The notes beneath the pieces were generated by a model. It saw only the letters and a list, made by a program, of their open reading frames with translations, did not search any database and was not told where the DNA came from. The translations under genes and the position numbers were made by a program. A DNA stretch of 64,000 nt from contig DATNFW010000092.1 of NCBI GenBank assembly GCA_035606175.1, positions 502-64,501 of the forward strand. Direction: 5' to 3'. Positions 61,290-64,000 of the stretch are shown in pieces; positions within the stretch are counted from its first letter, which is position 1; every line of letters starts with the position of its first letter. The stretch is from Steroidobacteraceae bacterium. Its GTDB lineage: Bacteria; Pseudomonadota; Gammaproteobacteria; Steroidobacterales; Steroidobacteraceae.

Positions 61290-61913
61290 TTGAGCCAGCT
61301 GTTCACGCTTCATCCCGCGAATCCCGAGCCGAGACTCATACGCCGCGCCGCCGCGATCGTGCGCTCCGGAGGCGTCATCGCGTATCCGACCGACTCTTGT
61401 TATGCGCTCGGCTGCCGGATCGGCGACAAGGCAGCGCTGGAGCGGGTGCGGCGCATACGCGAGGCGGACCGTCATCATCACTTCACTCTGGTTTGCCGCA
61501 GTGTCGGGGAGGCGGCCCGCTATGCGCGAATCGACACGCCCCAGTTCCGCCTGCTCAAATCCTGCACGCCGGGTCCGTATACTTTTCTGCTTCCCGCGAC
61601 GCGGGAGACACCGCGCCGGCTGCAGCACGAGCGCCGTCACACGATAGGCATTCGCGTGCCGGATCACCCGGTGCCCCTCGCGCTCACCGCCGAGCTCGGC
61701 GAGCCGCTCATGAGCTCTACGCTCATTCTGCCGAGCGATCCTCTGCCCCTCAGTAACGCGCAGGACATCCGCACCCATCTCGAGCATGCGATCGATGCGG
61801 TGCTCGATGGCGGCAGTTGCGGAATCGAGCCGACGACCGTCGTCGACCTCGCGGTCTCCCCGCCCGTCGTCGTGCGCCGCGGCAAGGGTGGGCTCGCGGT
61901 TTTCGGCCTATAA
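61290..61913 (+). CDS. yciO: YrdC/Sua5-domain protein, YciO-type
   Basis: TTG at 61290 gives (M)SQLFTLHPANPEPRLIRRAAAIVRSGGVIAYPTDSCYALGC, collinear with E. coli YciO (MSQFFYIHPDNPQQRLI...) and a matching length of 207 aa. The upstream part of listed ORF 61200.. overlaps the yciB start region. Confidence 0.85.
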   Translation: MSQLFTLHPANPEPRLIRRAAAIVRSGGVIAYPTDSCYALGCRIGDKAALERVRRIREADRHHHFTLVCRSVGEAARYARIDTPQFRLLKSCTPGPYTFLLPATRETPRRLQHERRHTIGIRVPDHPVPLALTAELGEPLMSSTLILPSDPLPLSNAQDIRTHLEHAIDAVLDGGSCGIEPTTVVDLAVSPPVVVRRGKGGLAVFGL

Positions 61914-61939
61914 TTCGCCCATGATTCGCCCACCACCAA

Positions 61940-63154
61940 ATGAGCGTTAACCCACAGACGCGGCGCGTGCTCTCGGGGATGCGGCCGACGGGTCCACTGC
62001 ACCTCGGGAACTACCACGGCGCGCTCCGCAACTGGGTCGAGCTTCAATACCAGTACGAGTGCTTCTTCTTCATCGCCGACTGGCACATGCTCACGACGGG
62101 CTACGAGGACACCTCGTCCCTGCAGGAGAACATCCGCGCAGTGCTCATCGACTGGCTCGCGGCGGGTTTGAACCCCGGGGTCGCGACGCTGTTCATCCAG
62201 TCGCACGTGCCCGAGCACGCGGAGCTTCACCTGTTGCTGTCGATGGTGACGCCGCTCGGGTGGCTCGAGCGTGTGCCGACGTACAAAGAGCAGCAGGCGG
62301 AACTGCGCGAGCGCGATCTTGCGACCTATGGATTCCTCGGCTACCCGCTGCTGCAGAGCGCGGACATCCTTCTCTATCGCGCCGACTTCGTGCCGGTCGG
62401 CGAGGATCAGGTCGCACACGTCGAGTTCGCGCGCGAGATCGCCCGGCGATTCAATCACCTGTTCGGCCGCGAGCCGCAGTTCGAGGAGAAGGCGGAGCGG
62501 GCCGTGAAGGGCCTCGGCGGCCGCAACGCGACCCTGTACCGGCAGCTGCGCCGCAAATACCAGGAGAGCGGCGATGCCGAGGCACTCGAGCGGGCAAGGG
62601 CGCTCGTGCAGGCGAACAACCGGATCACCGTCGCCGACCGCGAGCGCCTGCTCGGATTTCTCGAGGGCACCGGCGTCAGTATCCTGCCCGAGCCGCAGGA
62701 GCTGCTCACGGCGACGCCGCGCGTGCCGGGCCTCGATGGGCGCAAGATGTCGAAGTCCTACGGAAACGCGATCAGCCTGCGCGAGGACCCGGAGGTCGTG
62801 GCGCAGAAGTTGAGGACGATGCAGACCGATCCCGCACGCGTCCGCCGCACCGATCCGGGCGACCCCGAGAAGTGCCCGGTGTGGGAGCTGCACAAGATCT
62901 ACTCGGATGAGCCGACGCGCACGTGGGTGAACGAGGGCTGCCGCAGCGCGGGTATCGGCTGCCTCGATTGCAAGCGCCCGGTCATCGACAAGATCGTGGA
63001 AGAAGTGCGAGGCTTTCGACGGCGGGCGCAGGAGTTCGAGGAAAACCCCGACCTCGTGCGCAGCATCGCGGTCGAGGGCGCGGAGAAGGCGCGCGACGCC
63101 GCCCGGCAGACCATGGAGGAGGTGCGGCGCGCGATGCACCTTCGGGGTGCTTAA
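61940..63154 (+). CDS. trpS: Tryptophan--tRNA ligase (long form)
   Basis: HIGH-type motif PTGPLHLGNYHG and the KMSKS loop (GRKMSKSYGN). 404 aa versus 334 aa in E. coli. Confidence 0.95.
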   Translation: MSVNPQTRRVLSGMRPTGPLHLGNYHGALRNWVELQYQYECFFFIADWHMLTTGYEDTSSLQENIRAVLIDWLAAGLNPGVATLFIQSHVPEHAELHLLLSMVTPLGWLERVPTYKEQQAELRERDLATYGFLGYPLLQSADILLYRADFVPVGEDQVAHVEFAREIARRFNHLFGREPQFEEKAERAVKGLGGRNATLYRQLRRKYQESGDAEALERARALVQANNRITVADRERLLGFLEGTGVSILPEPQELLTATPRVPGLDGRKMSKSYGNAISLREDPEVVAQKLRTMQTDPARVRRTDPGDPEKCPVWELHKIYSDEPTRTWVNEGCRSAGIGCLDCKRPVIDKIVEEVRGFRRRAQEFEENPDLVRSIAVEGAEKARDAARQTMEEVRRAMHLRGA

Positions 63155-63175
63155 ATTGCGCGGCAGGACGGCAGC

Positions 63176-64000
63176 ATGACGGAGAAACCGGAGCTCAAGA
63201 TCATCGTGTCCGGGAGTGCACCGGGAACTGCTGCCGCGGCGCAGCTTTCCGTGCAGACTCCGGAGCAGGTGGAGATGCCTTTCGCGGTGGTGAACGGTGA
63301 GCCGGTCACCGTGCTGCCTCGCGATCTGTACATTCCGCCGCAGGCGCTCGAAATTTTCCTCGAAGCGTTCGAGGGGCCGCTCGATCTGCTGCTCTACCTC
63401 ATTCGCCGCCAGAATCTCGATGTGCTCGACATCCCGATCGCCGAGATTACCCGCCAGTACATGCAATACATCGAGCTCATGCAGGACCTGCAGCTCGAGC
63501 TCGCGGGCGAGTACATGGTGATGGCCGCCACTCTGGCGGAGATCAAATCGCGCATGCTCCTGCCGCGTGCCCACCCGGATGGCGAGAACGCGGAGGATGA
63601 TCCGCGCGCCGAGCTCGTGCGGCGCCTGCAGGAATACGAGCGCTACAAACAGGCGGCGGAGAGCCTCGATCAGCTGCCGCGCCTCGAGCGCGACGTGTGG
63701 ACCGCGAGCGCCGAGCTGCGCGACCGCAAGGTCGTGCGGCTGCTCCCACAGATCACGCTTCAGGAGATGCTGGCCGCCTTCAAGGAAGTGGTCGTGCGTG
63801 CGGAGCTGTTCGCGCATCATCGCGTCGCGCGCGAGCGGCTCTCGGTCCGCGCACGCATGACCGACATCCTCTCTGCACTCGAGCAGGCGAGCTTCATCGA
63901 ATTCGTGCGACTGTTCCGCCCCGAGGAGGGCCGGATGGGCGTGACGGTCACGTTCGTCGCGATCCTCGAGCTCGTGCGCGAGGGTCTGATCGACATCGTG
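63176..64000 (+). CDS. scpA: Segregation and condensation protein A (ScpA), 3' end outside the window
   Basis: The open frame runs from ATG 63176 to the window end. The block LYIPPQALEIFLEAFEGPLDLLLYLIRRQNLDVLDIPIAEITRQY is diagnostic. An alternative start is the internal MPFAVVNG. Confidence 0.85.
   Translation, partial: MTEKPELKIIVSGSAPGTAAAAQLSVQTPEQVEMPFAVVNGEPVTVLPRDLYIPPQALEIFLEAFEGPLDLLLYLIRRQNLDVLDIPIAEITRQYMQYIELMQDLQLELAGEYMVMAATLAEIKSRMLLPRAHPDGENAEDDPRAELVRRLQEYERYKQAAESLDQLPRLERDVWTASAELRDRKVVRLLPQITLQEMLAAFKEVVVRAELFAHHRVARERLSVRARMTDILSALEQASFIEFVRLFRPEEGRMGVTVTFVAILELVREGLIDIV

Overview
GC-rich (roughly two-thirds G+C by eye), densely coding bacterial chromosomal segment with about 55 protein genes. 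Many long antisense shadow ORFs are present, as expected at this GC content. The left ~41 kb (1-41066) carries transport and oxidative-catabolism genes. These include an MFS transporter, a TonB-dependent receptor, an atypical NRAMP-family transporter, an FMN hydroxy-acid dehydrogenase / APC permease / M48 peptidase operon, FAH and M13 peptidase genes, a porin-amidase pair, a two-subunit molybdo-oxidoreductase, a TPP enzyme, two aldehyde dehydrogenases, an esterase, a TcuA-like flavoprotein, a GMC oxidoreductase, EthD, an RND pump with its adaptor, and pobA. The right ~23 kb is core housekeeping with familiar synteny: rimP-nusA-infB-rbfA-truB-rpsO-pnp, phaR, queF, dksA-gluQ, smc-zipA-ligA, bolA-like/yciB, and yciO-trpS-scpA. 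ZipA together with SMC/ScpA (rather than MukBEF) suggests a non-enteric gammaproteobacterium; this is inference only. I found no rRNA, tRNA, CRISPR array, transposase, integrase or phage genes, and I could not support any self-contained novel multi-gene system such as a defence island. The observations most worth follow-up are: (1) a promoter-like element, a ~100-nt structured non-coding segment and tandem terminators sitting where E. coli has metY upstream of rimP-nusA; (2) a gluQ reading frame whose conserved N-terminus has no canonical start codon and overlaps the dksA stop; (3) a DksA with a ~130-aa Lys/Ala/Pro-rich N-terminal extension and only one of the four zinc-finger cysteines; (4) an NRAMP homologue with a non-canonical metal-site signature and a leader rich in inverted repeats; (5) a TrpRS carrying a four-Cys motif like that of Fe-S-containing TrpRS. 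All functional calls rest on motif and family recognition by eye, with no database search.
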